IMG/VR virus record: IMGVR_UViG_3300031718_000006
Location: 3,494-67,493 of that record
DNA: 64,000 bases
Reading direction: 5' to 3' (one strand)
DNA from: a virus
This document shows, piece by piece, positions 33,779 through 43,789 of the stretch (position 1 is the stretch's first letter; each line of letters opens with the position of its first letter). Both the position numbers and the translations under genes were made by a program. The notes under the pieces were generated by a model. That model was not told the DNA's origin and did not search any database. It worked only from the letters and a program-made list of their open reading frames with translations.

Positions 33779-36418
33779 TCACTGAGGCTTCTTATCGTGA
33801 AGCTGTTGCGCCCAGATCGAATCAGGTATGACTTTTTTAGCCACGTCAGAATTTAGCGTCTTGGTGGCGTGTTCCTCGAAGTCCTGCGGATTCGCAGGCA
33901 CCCCGCCAGCCGTGACTATCGCCGCTTGCTCTGGAGCAGGCATTTTGTCAGCCGGGACACTAAAGCTGACCTTGGGCGGAGGCGGTGGAGGAGCGGCTGC
34001 CGCAGCCAGCTTTTTGGCCGAAGCGTCATGCTCTTTCCAGTGCAATAGAACGTTCTGAAACGCTGCTTTCTGTTCAGGGCTTCCATATTCAAACTTGCGG
34101 CCATCCGCTGAGTTCAGCCACTTAAAGCAAATCTTTGCCTCAACCTGATCGTTCTCCGACCCATCTCCACGTACCGGAACCGTCGAAATCTGGTCAGGCA
34201 TCTGCGCCATTTTCTGCTGGAGCGCCTGTAACATTGCCGGAGCCTGTTGAACCTGTTGCTGAGTCTGCGGGTCTGGCTCCTGTCCGATTTGTAAGGACTG
34301 TTGAATAACCCCCTTCATACCTTCCTGCGCCTGTTCAATCGTTGCCTGTAATTTCAATTTCTGCGGGTTATCCTGCGGGCCGGAGCGCAGTAGTATCTCA
34401 AACTCCGCTCTCTGCTTTTCGACCGAATCCGCTCCATCAATCGTGAAGTCGTTCAACCGGATGGCCGATTTAATCGCAGCCAGATTTTCAGGATCAAGAA
34501 CCATTTCAGAGAACTTGCTTCCCGGCGCGGCCATCGCCTTATCGACCACCGACATGACACGGTTTTCTTTCTGCGCCCAACTCTCGGGGAATTCAGGGTT
34601 TGATTCAGGGAAGCACAGGACATTTCCTTTCAGGCTGTTCAGTTTGATCGAAACCCGACCTTTGCCGGGGATTACGTCGTTGATGTCTTTGCTGGCGCAC
34701 TTAGCGGTCAGCATTGCCGCCTGTCTTGCCGCCAGAGCGAACAGTGATTGCAGGGAATTCCACGGGCATCCCTGCCGCTGCATCGCCTGATCTCTTTGTA
34801 CCGCAACGCCTTCGGAACCGACTTGCCCGGTAATCTGAGCGCCGAACAGGGACGGCAAAGCGCCAGAAATCTGCTCCGACAAAGACGTTATGCACCACTG
34901 AATGAATGTGATAAGCCACGGCTGCGGAGTGGGGGTCGGCTCAATGAAGATCAGTTGATCGACCGGGATACCTGGCTGTCGCTGAAACGGCCCAATCGAG
35001 CCGGGGATATTGGTCTGGTTCTTTAACGCTTCAACATTGAAAGCGTCCGCGTCCATCCACTTTTTAGAAACCGTCCGCTTGGCGAAATCCAAGGCCAAAG
35101 CTACCAGTTCATTGATGTAATCCTGAATCGGAAGCAAAGACTCTAGAAGTGCTCTGCGGTTCTGTCCTGATCCGGGGAATGGATGTCCGATAGCGCAGTG
35201 ATCGTCCATGCCTTCGTTTCTGGCAAAAGCAAACTCCGGCCCTGCTTTGACCAGCAAAGCCCCGTCAGGGAACTTTTCCAGCAATTCCTTACGCGCTTTG
35301 GGTTTAACGCAATCGTCGAAGAACATTGCCCTGCGGATGTAGGTGTGCTTTTTGACACAATGGCGGTTGATAGCATCCCCGGTAACGTACTGCCCCGGAA
35401 CCGCCTGACTCACGTTCTCTCGGGCGATGCGGTCTAATTCGGTTTCCCCGGTAGCGTCTCCGCCGCCCTGAATCTTTTGTTTCATCCAAGGGAACTGCGC
35501 CTTGAGCATGGCAACGTCTTTGTCTTCAAGGATTGAAATGCAGCCCATTTGATACTGCCCGTCTACAAAGATTGGGACTTTGTGGTAGAGCTTGCCCATC
35601 GCAGTAGTGCGGACGCGGCCACGCGGACGCCTGACCGAAGACTGATCGAGCGGCGATTCGTTGGCGTCTTGATACTCAGTGCTTCCCTCAGTGTTGGTAG
35701 GTTCGCTTGGAGGATTGTCTTCATTTTCGGGGACGACTGGTTCTTCCTCTTCCTCGTAGCCATATTCTTCTCCATTCAGCTCATAGCGCGTCCAAAATAA
35801 CGCTCGATCATCGGTGCAGAATATCGACGCCGCATCCTGAAGAATCTTTTGCAGATCGTTGTTTTTGGCCCAGATGTCTTTCAGATCACCTGCCACTGAA
35901 GCTAAAGTCTGGTCAGGGCCATGTTCCGGGTTTGCCGGAAAGAACTCTACGCGGGGCACTTCACGCGACAGCGCAGCAATGATGATTTCGCCCTTCTCGC
36001 CATAAACATCTGTGCGGTAAACCTTACTGAGAAGCTGTTGATTGCCTGCCGAAAATGGCGTTCCGCTGCCGGGAAGTGTCCAGCCGCCGCCGTTGGGCTT
36101 GTAGAGAAGAAATTGATATCCGCGCTTGTAATGATTTGCTTTCCAGGACTGCTCAATTTCTATTCTACGTGGCGCTACGTCGGATTTTGAGAAGATTGAA
36201 TCAATTTCTAGCAGAGCTGACTTAGCATCTTCAGAGAGCGGAGAAGTGTCTCGCGTGCCGTCATCGTCGAACTGTTCAGGAACCCAAACTTTGCCAGTTG
36301 ATAAATAGTGCGGTTCTGGCACAAAATCGAAAGCGGCGTACATGCCGATTTCGTCAATGCCATCGTCTTTCTGGTCGTCCGTATTGACTTCTTGGGTGCG
36401 TGCTTCAAGGTCGGCCAT
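33779..36418 (-). CDS. portal protein
   Basis: 879 aa after terminase; LLPIQDYINEL, EQISGA, Gln-rich C-terminal barrel region. Confidence 0.82.
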   Translation of the reverse strand: MADLEARTQEVNTDDQKDDGIDEIGMYAAFDFVPEPHYLSTGKVWVPEQFDDDGTRDTSPLSEDAKSALLEIDSIFSKSDVAPRRIEIEQSWKANHYKRGYQFLLYKPNGGGWTLPGSGTPFSAGNQQLLSKVYRTDVYGEKGEIIIAALSREVPRVEFFPANPEHGPDQTLASVAGDLKDIWAKNNDLQKILQDAASIFCTDDRALFWTRYELNGEEYGYEEEEEPVVPENEDNPPSEPTNTEGSTEYQDANESPLDQSSVRRPRGRVRTTAMGKLYHKVPIFVDGQYQMGCISILEDKDVAMLKAQFPWMKQKIQGGGDATGETELDRIARENVSQAVPGQYVTGDAINRHCVKKHTYIRRAMFFDDCVKPKARKELLEKFPDGALLVKAGPEFAFARNEGMDDHCAIGHPFPGSGQNRRALLESLLPIQDYINELVALALDFAKRTVSKKWMDADAFNVEALKNQTNIPGSIGPFQRQPGIPVDQLIFIEPTPTPQPWLITFIQWCITSLSEQISGALPSLFGAQITGQVGSEGVAVQRDQAMQRQGCPWNSLQSLFALAARQAAMLTAKCASKDINDVIPGKGRVSIKLNSLKGNVLCFPESNPEFPESWAQKENRVMSVVDKAMAAPGSKFSEMVLDPENLAAIKSAIRLNDFTIDGADSVEKQRAEFEILLRSGPQDNPQKLKLQATIEQAQEGMKGVIQQSLQIGQEPDPQTQQQVQQAPAMLQALQQKMAQMPDQISTVPVRGDGSENDQVEAKICFKWLNSADGRKFEYGSPEQKAAFQNVLLHWKEHDASAKKLAAAAAPPPPPPKVSFSVPADKMPAPEQAAIVTAGGVPANPQDFEEHATKTLNSDVAKKVIPDSIWAQQLHDKKPQ

Positions 36419-36424
36419 GAGAGG

Positions 36425-36616
36425 TTAGTGCCAACTTTTCATTGCTTTCGCGGAAGCGATCATGCGACCCAAATGACCGTGATGATGTCCCGCCAGCTTC
36501 GACTCGGGTATTTTCTCGCCTTCGGGAACGTGCAAAGCGCGATGCAGCGCACCGGGGCGTTCCTTAAACGAACCCTTTGACCAGAGATCGACCGTCTTAG
36601 TTGCGTGCTTAAACAC
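36425..36616 (-). CDS. small basic protein
   Basis: RPGALHRALHVPEGEKIP motif recognised from phage head regions. Confidence 0.7.
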   Translation of the reverse strand: MFKHATKTVDLWSKGSFKERPGALHRALHVPEGEKIPESKLAGHHHGHLGRMIASAKAMKSWH

Positions 36617-36776
36617 GGCTTCCTCCAGCGTGTTGGAACTTCTTTTCTTTGCGCTCCGGCAAGTCTTTCGGGGAACCTGTTGCGCCTATCCACTCATCGA
36701 CACCTGCCGAGCCTAATTTCTTCTCTGCATCGTCAGTGTGCAGCCACCGGAATTGAGCCTTGCTTTCCGCAGGCAT
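36609..36776 (-). CDS. small protein (not in the ORF track)
   Basis: Hand translation MPAESKAQFRWLH...KDLPERKEKKFQHAGGSRV. Confidence 0.7.
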   Translation of the reverse strand: MPAESKAQFRWLHTDDAEKKLGSAGVDEWIGATGSPKDLPERKEKKFQHAGGSRV

Positions 36777-36779
36777 AAC

Positions 36780-37076
36780 TTAGTCCAGTTTGTCGGTGTA
36801 AGTCACCGTCGCCTTGGCGAACTTGGTTTTGTCCGTCACGCTGGTAGCGTGAATGGTCGATTTTCCAAGTCCATTGTCAAGCGGAGGATGGAAAGCGCCT
36901 TCAGGCGTGATGACTCCCCCGCCCTGCTCGATAGACCAGATGACCCCGGCATTGGCAGGATCGTTTTTCACCTCTGCCGAGAACTGTTGAGTGTTTCGCG
37001 GCGTACTCGCCTTCTGAATGTAGGGCTGCTTGATTGGCCCAGCTACTTCGGGCGTGATAGTGACTGAAATGTCCAT
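36780..37076 (-). CDS. Ig-like domain protein
   Basis: ISVTITP...TQQFSAEV...VIWSI...G.F.PP...IHATSVTD. Confidence 0.75.
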   Translation of the reverse strand: MDISVTITPEVAGPIKQPYIQKASTPRNTQQFSAEVKNDPANAGVIWSIEQGGGVITPEGAFHPPLDNGLGKSTIHATSVTDKTKFAKATVTYTDKLD

Positions 37077-37085
37077 GATGGCTCC

Positions 37086-37526
37086 TTAGTCGAGTGGCTC
37101 GGCCTCGTAATCTTCCTCGGGTTCCGGCTCTTTTTCGTGTTTGGGCTTGTGTTCCTTCATCCTTGGTTCTTTTTCCTCTTCCATGCCGTCCATCTGAATC
37201 CCAGCGGCGTGCGCTGCGTGCATGTGGGCCTCATCCGCACTCGCATGGTCGGAATGATGTTCCATCCCATCAGCATGAACCGAGTGAACGTGATGCATCC
37301 CGCCTTCATGGTCATGGGTAATATGGACTTCCTGTGCAGGGCCATGCTCTGCCGCCATCTGTTTCACTTCGTCGTGGATTCCCGGATGGACCTCCTCTTC
37401 CATGCGTTCTTCTTCGGGCTGGTTGATTTCATGGGCTTCGGCACGCGGGCCTTCGTCGGCGTGGGCCTTATCGTATCGCTTCATGCGAAATGAGGAATTG
37501 AAATGCTTACCTTCCGCGTTTTTCAT
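37086..37526 (-). CDS. His/Glu-rich protein
   Basis: Dense His clusters. Confidence 0.7.
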   Translation of the reverse strand: MKNAEGKHFNSSFRMKRYDKAHADEGPRAEAHEINQPEEERMEEEVHPGIHDEVKQMAAEHGPAQEVHITHDHEGGMHHVHSVHADGMEHHSDHASADEAHMHAAHAAGIQMDGMEEEKEPRMKEHKPKHEKEPEPEEDYEAEPLD

Positions 37527-37822
37527 TGGTTTTTATCGGCCTCCGCCTGCGCTTCCTGCTCTGCGTAATGTTTTGCCTGAATTGCGGCCCATGAATCTTC
37601 AGATTCTATGGATGATTGAAAAACCGGAGCCGGAGTGTCGGGACGCTTGCCGAAAATCCCACCGCGCTGAAGCGGAATCAGGATCATGGTGTATTCTTCG
37701 ATCTTTCCCCGCAATTGCTGGATTTCTTCTTTTAAATCCGCAATATAGACCTCGCGATCGTGGATTCTGGTCTGGTAATCGTTCCGCAGTGACAAAATCT
37801 CCTCTTCGAGATGCTGCGACAT
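37523..37822 (-). CDS. coiled-coil hypothetical protein
   Basis: Heptad pattern; ATGA overlap. Confidence 0.6.
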   Translation of the reverse strand: MSQHLEEEILSLRNDYQTRIHDREVYIADLKEEIQQLRGKIEEYTMILIPLQRGGIFGKRPDTPAPVFQSSIESEDSWAAIQAKHYAEQEAQAEADKNQ

Positions 37823-37866
37823 GCGGGAACCGAATAATTGCCGGAAAAACCGCCGGATTCTCTCGC

Positions 37867-39582
37867 CTACATCAATTTCGTTTGCCAGAAGGGTACCTCA
37901 TTTTGTTTGAATTGGTCTTTGCTGTGCTGCTCCTGATAGCGGGCCTTCATCGCAGCGAAATGCGCTGCAAAGGGAGTCATGCCTTTGGTCTTTTGCTTCA
38001 AAATCTCACTATCTGGAGTAGCGCGATCCTTGAATTCTCCATAAATCCCTAACCTGAAGGCATCATAGCGGTCATCGGCCTTGGTATTGACCTTCAGAAC
38101 GTCGTCAAGGCTCTTTTGATTGCGTTCAAGTGATGGCAGGGCTTGAATAATTCCCGGACAGGTCTTCAAAATGACCAATTTCCCGGTTTTTAGCAGGTTA
38201 TAGAGATACCCTGCCGATCCAATACGATCCATCGTGCCTCTTGAGACCGGAGGCAGACCCCTAGCCCTGAGAAGTTTCGTGTATTCATCCGCCGGGGAGT
38301 GCGCCTCCATGACGCGGGAGAACTTTTCGTGCGAAAAGTAGATGGCTGAGACCTTACATCGCTTTCCTGAGATTTCATTGAATTGTTTCGACCACTGCGG
38401 GAGTTTCGGATAGTAGGCACTGGCCGAAATCATGTCCGCAAAGTCGATATTCGAGTGCCCTACGCTCTCCGGCGCAACTTCCTTAAAACAAACAATCTTG
38501 CTTACGAAATCATCCGCCCCATCTGCGTTCTTCAGCGGCTTTTTTACTAAGGCTTTGGTGAACAGATAGAAGGCGTTCCAGTGTCCCATGCCCCAGTCTT
38601 GACCGCCCCACACCGCTTGCCAGTCTTGCCAGATAATGGCTTCCGGATCTTGCCGCAAATCTATAGTGTGGTACTCCTCGCTGAAACAATCGAAGAACTG
38701 ACCCTGTACGCCATCCATTTTGCCAAGCAGGAATTTCTCCATCTTGGCCTTCGGCATGGCCTTCAGGCGGGCGATGATGCCAGGATCGCGCTTTCGATAC
38801 GGAGCGTTGTCGAGAACTGTTGTGTGGTTGAAGGAATAATCTTTTGGGTCATAGACGCAGCGCCAGCCGTCTGCCGCAGGTACCCAAAATTTGCCGGACT
38901 TCTCTTTGCGGATTCCTTCTTCTCGCTCCCACGGCTCTTGCTTAACGAAAATCGTGTGGTAATACTCCCAGAAAGCACCAATAGGGTTAGTACATCCCGC
39001 CATCTGCGGGATAGGAAGATTGCCGAACTTGTCCGCTTCGCACGATGCGTTTACGAGATTTCTCATGCGGAGCCGCTGCCACATTTCGGGACTGAATTGG
39101 GCGCATTCGTCAACGAGAATGTAGGTGAAAGCTTGGCCTAGATATTTTTCTATGTCCCTCTCAGAATTTGTAGAACATCCTGCAAACACAACCTTTGAGC
39201 CATTGTGTTTGAACGTAGCTAAGCGCGTAGTTTTATTGAAGTTGTACAATTCTTCTGGAACGAAGTTTTTGAAGTCTTGAATCGCGCCTTGATCCAGCTC
39301 AGGAATGGTTCGGCGAAGAACCAGGATGTCGCATCCTGCCCACCCAAGACAGAAGTTCATTACTCCGTACATGAGCTTTCCCAGAGTTTTTCCGCCCCGC
39401 TGGCCGCCGCACTCTAATACCTGATCGGTTACCTGCTGCCAATAGGTTCCCCCGTTGCGCTCGACGTAGCGATACATCCGCGACTGCGCTTCAGTGAACT
39501 CAAAATCAATATGGATTTTGCCCTGTGGGGTTCTAGGCTTGAGGGGCGGTGCCATGTTCGGCCTTGGCCCTTTCTTCGGCAA
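37867..39582 (-). CDS. terL: terminase large subunit
   Basis: Walker A GGQRGGKT, Walker B ILVDE, CTNP coupling motif, nuclease GQDWG and DDRYDA. Confidence 0.93.
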   Translation of the reverse strand: MPKKGPRPNMAPPLKPRTPQGKIHIDFEFTEAQSRMYRYVERNGGTYWQQVTDQVLECGGQRGGKTLGKLMYGVMNFCLGWAGCDILVLRRTIPELDQGAIQDFKNFVPEELYNFNKTTRLATFKHNGSKVVFAGCSTNSERDIEKYLGQAFTYILVDECAQFSPEMWQRLRMRNLVNASCEADKFGNLPIPQMAGCTNPIGAFWEYYHTIFVKQEPWEREEGIRKEKSGKFWVPAADGWRCVYDPKDYSFNHTTVLDNAPYRKRDPGIIARLKAMPKAKMEKFLLGKMDGVQGQFFDCFSEEYHTIDLRQDPEAIIWQDWQAVWGGQDWGMGHWNAFYLFTKALVKKPLKNADGADDFVSKIVCFKEVAPESVGHSNIDFADMISASAYYPKLPQWSKQFNEISGKRCKVSAIYFSHEKFSRVMEAHSPADEYTKLLRARGLPPVSRGTMDRIGSAGYLYNLLKTGKLVILKTCPGIIQALPSLERNQKSLDDVLKVNTKADDRYDAFRLGIYGEFKDRATPDSEILKQKTKGMTPFAAHFAAMKARYQEQHSKDQFKQNEVPFWQTKLM

Positions 39583-39826
39583 TCAACTGTTCGGCGGCTT
39601 CTTTGAATTCGTTCGTTGCCTGTTCAAGCATCGGCGCGGGCACGAATTTCGCAAGGATGAAACGGTGCAGGGTGAGCACCTGTCCGTGGTTGTTGAGCAT
39701 CGCTCGCAGCATGTTCAGTTCTTTTTCGATGTCATGGCAAACTTCTGCAAGCTCATCCCGCGACACCATGTAGTTGCTTTTGCCGTTAGTTCCCATAATC
39801 CTCCGAGTAATGTTTTTCTTCGACAA
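39533..39826 (-). CDS. hypothetical protein
   Basis: Helical ORF upstream of terL. Confidence 0.55.
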   Translation of the reverse strand: MSKKNITRRIMGTNGKSNYMVSRDELAEVCHDIEKELNMLRAMLNNHGQVLTLHRFILAKFVPAPMLEQATNEFKEAAEQLIAEERAKAEHGTAPQA

Positions 39827-40337
39827 AATCAGGGGCCTCGACAGTCTCGGTTTTCACTTCTTCCGTCGCTTCCAGTTTCGGGCGGTTGACCGTGACCTGC
39901 GGCGGTTCTTCTCCCATCGCCTTTTTGAAGGCTTCTGGATCAAACGATTCCAACAGCAATCGGGCCGCCGCGACCGCCGTAGAATGGTTCTTGCTTTGCG
40001 TGGCGATCTTGGTCATATTGTCAATGATGCGGACAAATTTTGTCTTGGCATCTTTGATTGACGATTGCTCAAAAAGCCTCTGCCGGATGATCTCTTTATC
40101 ATCGCCGATCTTCGGTCTTGCACCTGAATAATTCGGCGATCCTACTGTCCGGTTTTCGGTGTTTCCGGCCTGGGGTCGTACTCGCCCAACCCACGCAACC
40201 TTCGCCAGCAGCGCGGGGCAAGGCAGCATCTCATAGAGAGCGTCCTTGGGGGTCATAAATTTTGGCATGGGGCGCTTGCGGGCGAGATTTTTTTCCTCTC
40301 TGTCCGCATGGACAGCGAGATTTGCCGATTCTTCCAT
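39786..40337 (-). CDS. terminase small subunit candidate
   Basis: GSPNYSGARPK and AVAAARLLLE motifs; position; AGGAGTCTC SD. Confidence 0.55.
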   Translation of the reverse strand: MEESANLAVHADREEKNLARKRPMPKFMTPKDALYEMLPCPALLAKVAWVGRVRPQAGNTENRTVGSPNYSGARPKIGDDKEIIRQRLFEQSSIKDAKTKFVRIIDNMTKIATQSKNHSTAVAAARLLLESFDPEAFKKAMGEEPPQVTVNRPKLEATEEVKTETVEAPDFVEEKHYSEDYGN

Positions 40338-40385
40338 GAGACTCCTTCTATACTATGATCGTAAAACTACAAAAAGGAGTCTCGT

Positions 40386-41057
40386 GTGAAGAAACCAGTC
40401 ACCCTTCCAGAAGGAACTCGCAAGGGGAGTCTTCTGTTGCTGCGGCCAATCGGTAAAAAGAAAGGCTTTAGGACATTATGGTTATGCATTTGCGATTGCG
40501 GCAAAGAACATAGAACGCTGCAAAAAAATTTCTCCAAGAAGGTCAAACCGCCAAGGCGGTGCAATTCGTGCAAGCATAAGAAATATGGTTCATTTTCAGC
40601 CGCAAACGGAGTTCCAAGCCCCGAGTATCATGCTTATGTAGAGGCGCGGAAACGATGTAACGATCCAAGGCATACTAGCTTCAAAATCTACGGAGGTCGC
40701 GGAATAAAGTTCAGATTTGACTCATTTGATGAATTTATTGCGGAAGTCGGGCCGCGCCCTACGGGAGCAAAAAGAACCATCTCAATCGACCGTATCAACA
40801 ACGAGGGCAACTATGAGCCGGGTAACGTGCGATGGGCGACAGCAACGCAGCAATGTCATCGCAGAAGAGGATGGAGCAAAAACACCGAATACCGTGGGCT
40901 TAACCCAAGCGGCAGTAGATGGAATGCTGTAATTAGAAAAGACCGCCAAATATACAAACTAGGAATTTTTGACAGCGAAATTGAAGCAGCCCAAGCCTAC
41001 GATGCGAAAGCCGTAGAACTCTATGGTGCAGATGCGATGCTTAACTTTCCCAGATAA
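40386..41057 (+). CDS. HNH homing endonuclease with AP2 domain
   Basis: WLCICDCG, YGGRGI, SIDRINNEGNYEPGNVRWAT, LGIFDSEIEAAQAYD. Confidence 0.93.
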   Translation: MKKPVTLPEGTRKGSLLLLRPIGKKKGFRTLWLCICDCGKEHRTLQKNFSKKVKPPRRCNSCKHKKYGSFSAANGVPSPEYHAYVEARKRCNDPRHTSFKIYGGRGIKFRFDSFDEFIAEVGPRPTGAKRTISIDRINNEGNYEPGNVRWATATQQCHRRRGWSKNTEYRGLNPSGSRWNAVIRKDRQIYKLGIFDSEIEAAQAYDAKAVELYGADAMLNFPR

Positions 41058-41938
41058 TAATGCGAACTTGAGGTCACTGGTAAATCAGGGTGTTCGGCAT
41101 GGAAACACTGCACACAGACCGCTCGATATGTCTTGTTCTCAGTCAATAGAGCTTTGTTGCACCGTTCGCATCTTGCCATGTTTGGAGCCGGAGCGCCGTT
41201 CATTAAAGCCTTCAGCGTCGATGGGTTAGCCAACGCCAGTTTGATGATTTCGATTTGCTCATCGAGTGTTCCTTCAAGCGCTTGTCCTCCCGCATGGTAA
41301 CCGTGAAATCCGATATGGACTGCCCTGGGTTTGCGCGGCCAGATACAGCGTTTTGATTCCGACTCACAGACCCGCAGAGTCAATCCATCCTGCTCGTAGT
41401 GCATTGAACGTCTGCGGTGCGATTGCGGATAAGCGCGGTCGAGATACCCTTGCATGTCGGAGTAGTATTCAGGACGGGCGTGCTGCACGATACCGTAAAG
41501 CGATTTTCTTGGGATGCAGGCGCAGACCGACAGATACCACGGAATCACCAAGTCTGGGCCTTCGCTGACAACTGCATTGGGGGAATACTGCCATCCACAT
41601 GCTGCAAAGACTTCCGGATGGGCCTCTAGCGCCTGACGGCACCACGAAAAGAACGTTGGATCGACCATCGCATCATCTTCAACGATGAATACCCTATCGG
41701 CCTGTTCCAGATAGCCGAACTTCAACGCCTCCATGACGTTTAAACTGTTTCCGTGGAATTCGTGCTTGATGGTCTTGCACTGCGTGACTCCAAAGCGTTC
41801 ACAGACATCCGATTCATCGCTATTGCGGTCGGCAAAGACGTAGACTCGCATCTCTGGATCGGCGGCCTTGATATGTTCGAGGCAGCAGGCAAGCAAGGCG
41901 CTGCGCTGGAATGTCGGGACGATACAAAGTTCCCTCAT
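41021..41938 (-). CDS. glycosyltransferase (GT-A fold)
   Basis: IVPTFQR, VFAD, FIVEDD. Confidence 0.8.
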   Translation of the reverse strand: MRELCIVPTFQRSALLACCLEHIKAADPEMRVYVFADRNSDESDVCERFGVTQCKTIKHEFHGNSLNVMEALKFGYLEQADRVFIVEDDAMVDPTFFSWCRQALEAHPEVFAACGWQYSPNAVVSEGPDLVIPWYLSVCACIPRKSLYGIVQHARPEYYSDMQGYLDRAYPQSHRRRSMHYEQDGLTLRVCESESKRCIWPRKPRAVHIGFHGYHAGGQALEGTLDEQIEIIKLALANPSTLKALMNGAPAPNMARCERCNKALLTENKTYRAVCVQCFHAEHPDLPVTSSSHYYLGKLSIASAP

Positions 41939-42549
41939 TTCCACTTCTCCTCAAACAGACGATTATTGACGTTGCACAGTTCTTCCATGCTGGTTCCCTT
42001 TTCCCTCGCCACACGAAGAAACGAAGTCCCGCCAGAGTGCTTTGCTTTCACCGCTTCCGTTGGTTGAGTGCGGTAGCCGAGGGCTTCCATCCGCCTACAC
42101 CAATCCATGTCATCCTGCCCGTACCCCTCAAAACGTTCGTCCATCGGCCCTACAGCTTCAATCACTGACCGCTTGAAATACCCGCAGACAAATGGCGACT
42201 GCCCCCAGAGTTGCACCGTAGCAATCCCGATTGAGTCATCTGAATACGCTAGTTCCTGCAAAGTCTTAACGAATGGCCCTTCAAAGCGAATATCGTCTCC
42301 GCATAGAACTACGTCGCCTTTCGCCACTTGCCATCCGAAGTTAACGTTTGCAGCGTACACAAAAGGTTCCTCGCCATCTACGACCGTCCACAGTGTGCCG
42401 GGATAGTAGTCGGGATAAAGTGACACGGGAATCAAGTTGCCATCCCGCACTAGAATCTTCGGCACATCCGGTTCGTACTGCTCGACGTTGGCGCGGAAAC
42501 CTTCTAACAGATCAGGGAACCGACTCAGCACCACAACTTGCGGATTCAT
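41935..42549 (-). CDS. glycosyltransferase family 2
   Basis: YAANVNFG, LCGDD, GPMDERFEGYGQDDMDWCRR. Confidence 0.9.
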   Translation of the reverse strand: MNPQVVVLSRFPDLLEGFRANVEQYEPDVPKILVRDGNLIPVSLYPDYYPGTLWTVVDGEEPFVYAANVNFGWQVAKGDVVLCGDDIRFEGPFVKTLQELAYSDDSIGIATVQLWGQSPFVCGYFKRSVIEAVGPMDERFEGYGQDDMDWCRRMEALGYRTQPTEAVKAKHSGGTSFLRVAREKGTSMEELCNVNNRLFEEKWK

Positions 42550-43202
42550 GGCTGGTCTCCGTCGAGATGGTGAATGCGGATCATGTCCCCGTGAACGGGA
42601 TTATAGATACCCAGTTTCATGCTTTCATTTGAGACCCCGGCAAGAATGTTCTCAATATAGTCGCATGTTCCGGCAAGATACTTCTCATTGATCTCACGGT
42701 AGAATGCCGTGGATGCTAGGTGCGGGTTCTGGCTCCATTGCACCGTGCGTATTAAATGCGTTTTCTCGCCGTTGTACATCACCCGCTCTCGCATCATGCG
42801 CTCATGCAGAGGGTGGATTCGCGGGGCGGCGTGGAACTTGATGTAATTGAATTCACCAGAGAGGATCAGCACCCCCAGTTCGTCCCACTCTATGTCAGGA
42901 TAGAATTCCCAATCGTCTTCGACGTAAAGAATCAGCGGAGTAGTGACCCGCTCAAGAGTGAACCCAATCATCCCGGATTGGTGCTTATGCTCTCCGAATA
43001 GTTCGCCCCGCGTGACTCTTGGCCGAACCGCATCAATAAATTCCACATATTCCTTCGGAAGAGGATTGGCCCCATCGCACATGAGATGTATCGGCGCTTC
43101 CGGTAAGTGCGACCGCACACTGGCAATCGTCTGATCAATGATCCGCGTGCTCGGATGCGAAGGGCGGGGCGAAGTTGAGATGAGAACTGTAACGTCAATC
43201 AT
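42546..43202 (-). CDS. glycosyltransferase (GT-A fold)
   Basis: LMCDG, ILYVEDDW, WSQNPHL. Confidence 0.78.
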   Translation of the reverse strand: MIDVTVLISTSPRPSHPSTRIIDQTIASVRSHLPEAPIHLMCDGANPLPKEYVEFIDAVRPRVTRGELFGEHKHQSGMIGFTLERVTTPLILYVEDDWEFYPDIEWDELGVLILSGEFNYIKFHAAPRIHPLHERMMRERVMYNGEKTHLIRTVQWSQNPHLASTAFYREINEKYLAGTCDYIENILAGVSNESMKLGIYNPVHGDMIRIHHLDGDQP

Positions 43203-43789
43203 GGGTAGATGCTCGGCTGCTTGCGGGCAATTACCAGCCCTCTGGGAGTATCGAAATACAAGTACTGTAGCCCTAGTTCGCGCAACAAAGGAGGCATGTA
43301 CTTTTCTCTCAAAAATCCATGAATGCCGTGATCGTGTACTGCGATGACTCCACCCTCCGTCATCTTCGGCAGAATCGCCCGTAATTCGTAGCAGCGGTTC
43401 TCGTCCGGCCCTGAATCAAGGAAAGCCAAACCGATGCCATCAGGAACCGTGGCAATCAACTCCAGGCCCGTGCATTGCTTGATGCTGACTGCGTTCAGGT
43501 CATGCTCCGCCATGCGTGCCCATGTGCGGGTAATGGAATCGTGGGCAACGTCGCACGTATACACCACCCCGAATCCGTTGTCCTTACATCCGCGTGCCAA
43601 CCGCTCTGTGCCGAATCCGTGGTAGCAGCCTGTTTCGACCACGCGCTGAGGTTTAAGCATGACCACGAGAGCATAGAGAAAATCCAAAACTTCGACTTCG
43701 GTAGCTTGTTCGTCATAGCATTTCCATAGTTGCGGGAATGGGCAGACTGAGGTTGCAATACAGACTTCCGGCTTAGTTGGTTCGTTCAT
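43199..43789 (-). CDS. class I SAM-dependent methyltransferase (Methyltransf_24-like)
   Basis: VVETGCYHGFGT, AFLDS, GGVIAVHD. Confidence 0.88.
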   Translation of the reverse strand: MNEPTKPEVCIATSVCPFPQLWKCYDEQATEVEVLDFLYALVVMLKPQRVVETGCYHGFGTERLARGCKDNGFGVVYTCDVAHDSITRTWARMAEHDLNAVSIKQCTGLELIATVPDGIGLAFLDSGPDENRCYELRAILPKMTEGGVIAVHDHGIHGFLREKYMPPLLRELGLQYLYFDTPRGLVIARKQPSIYP

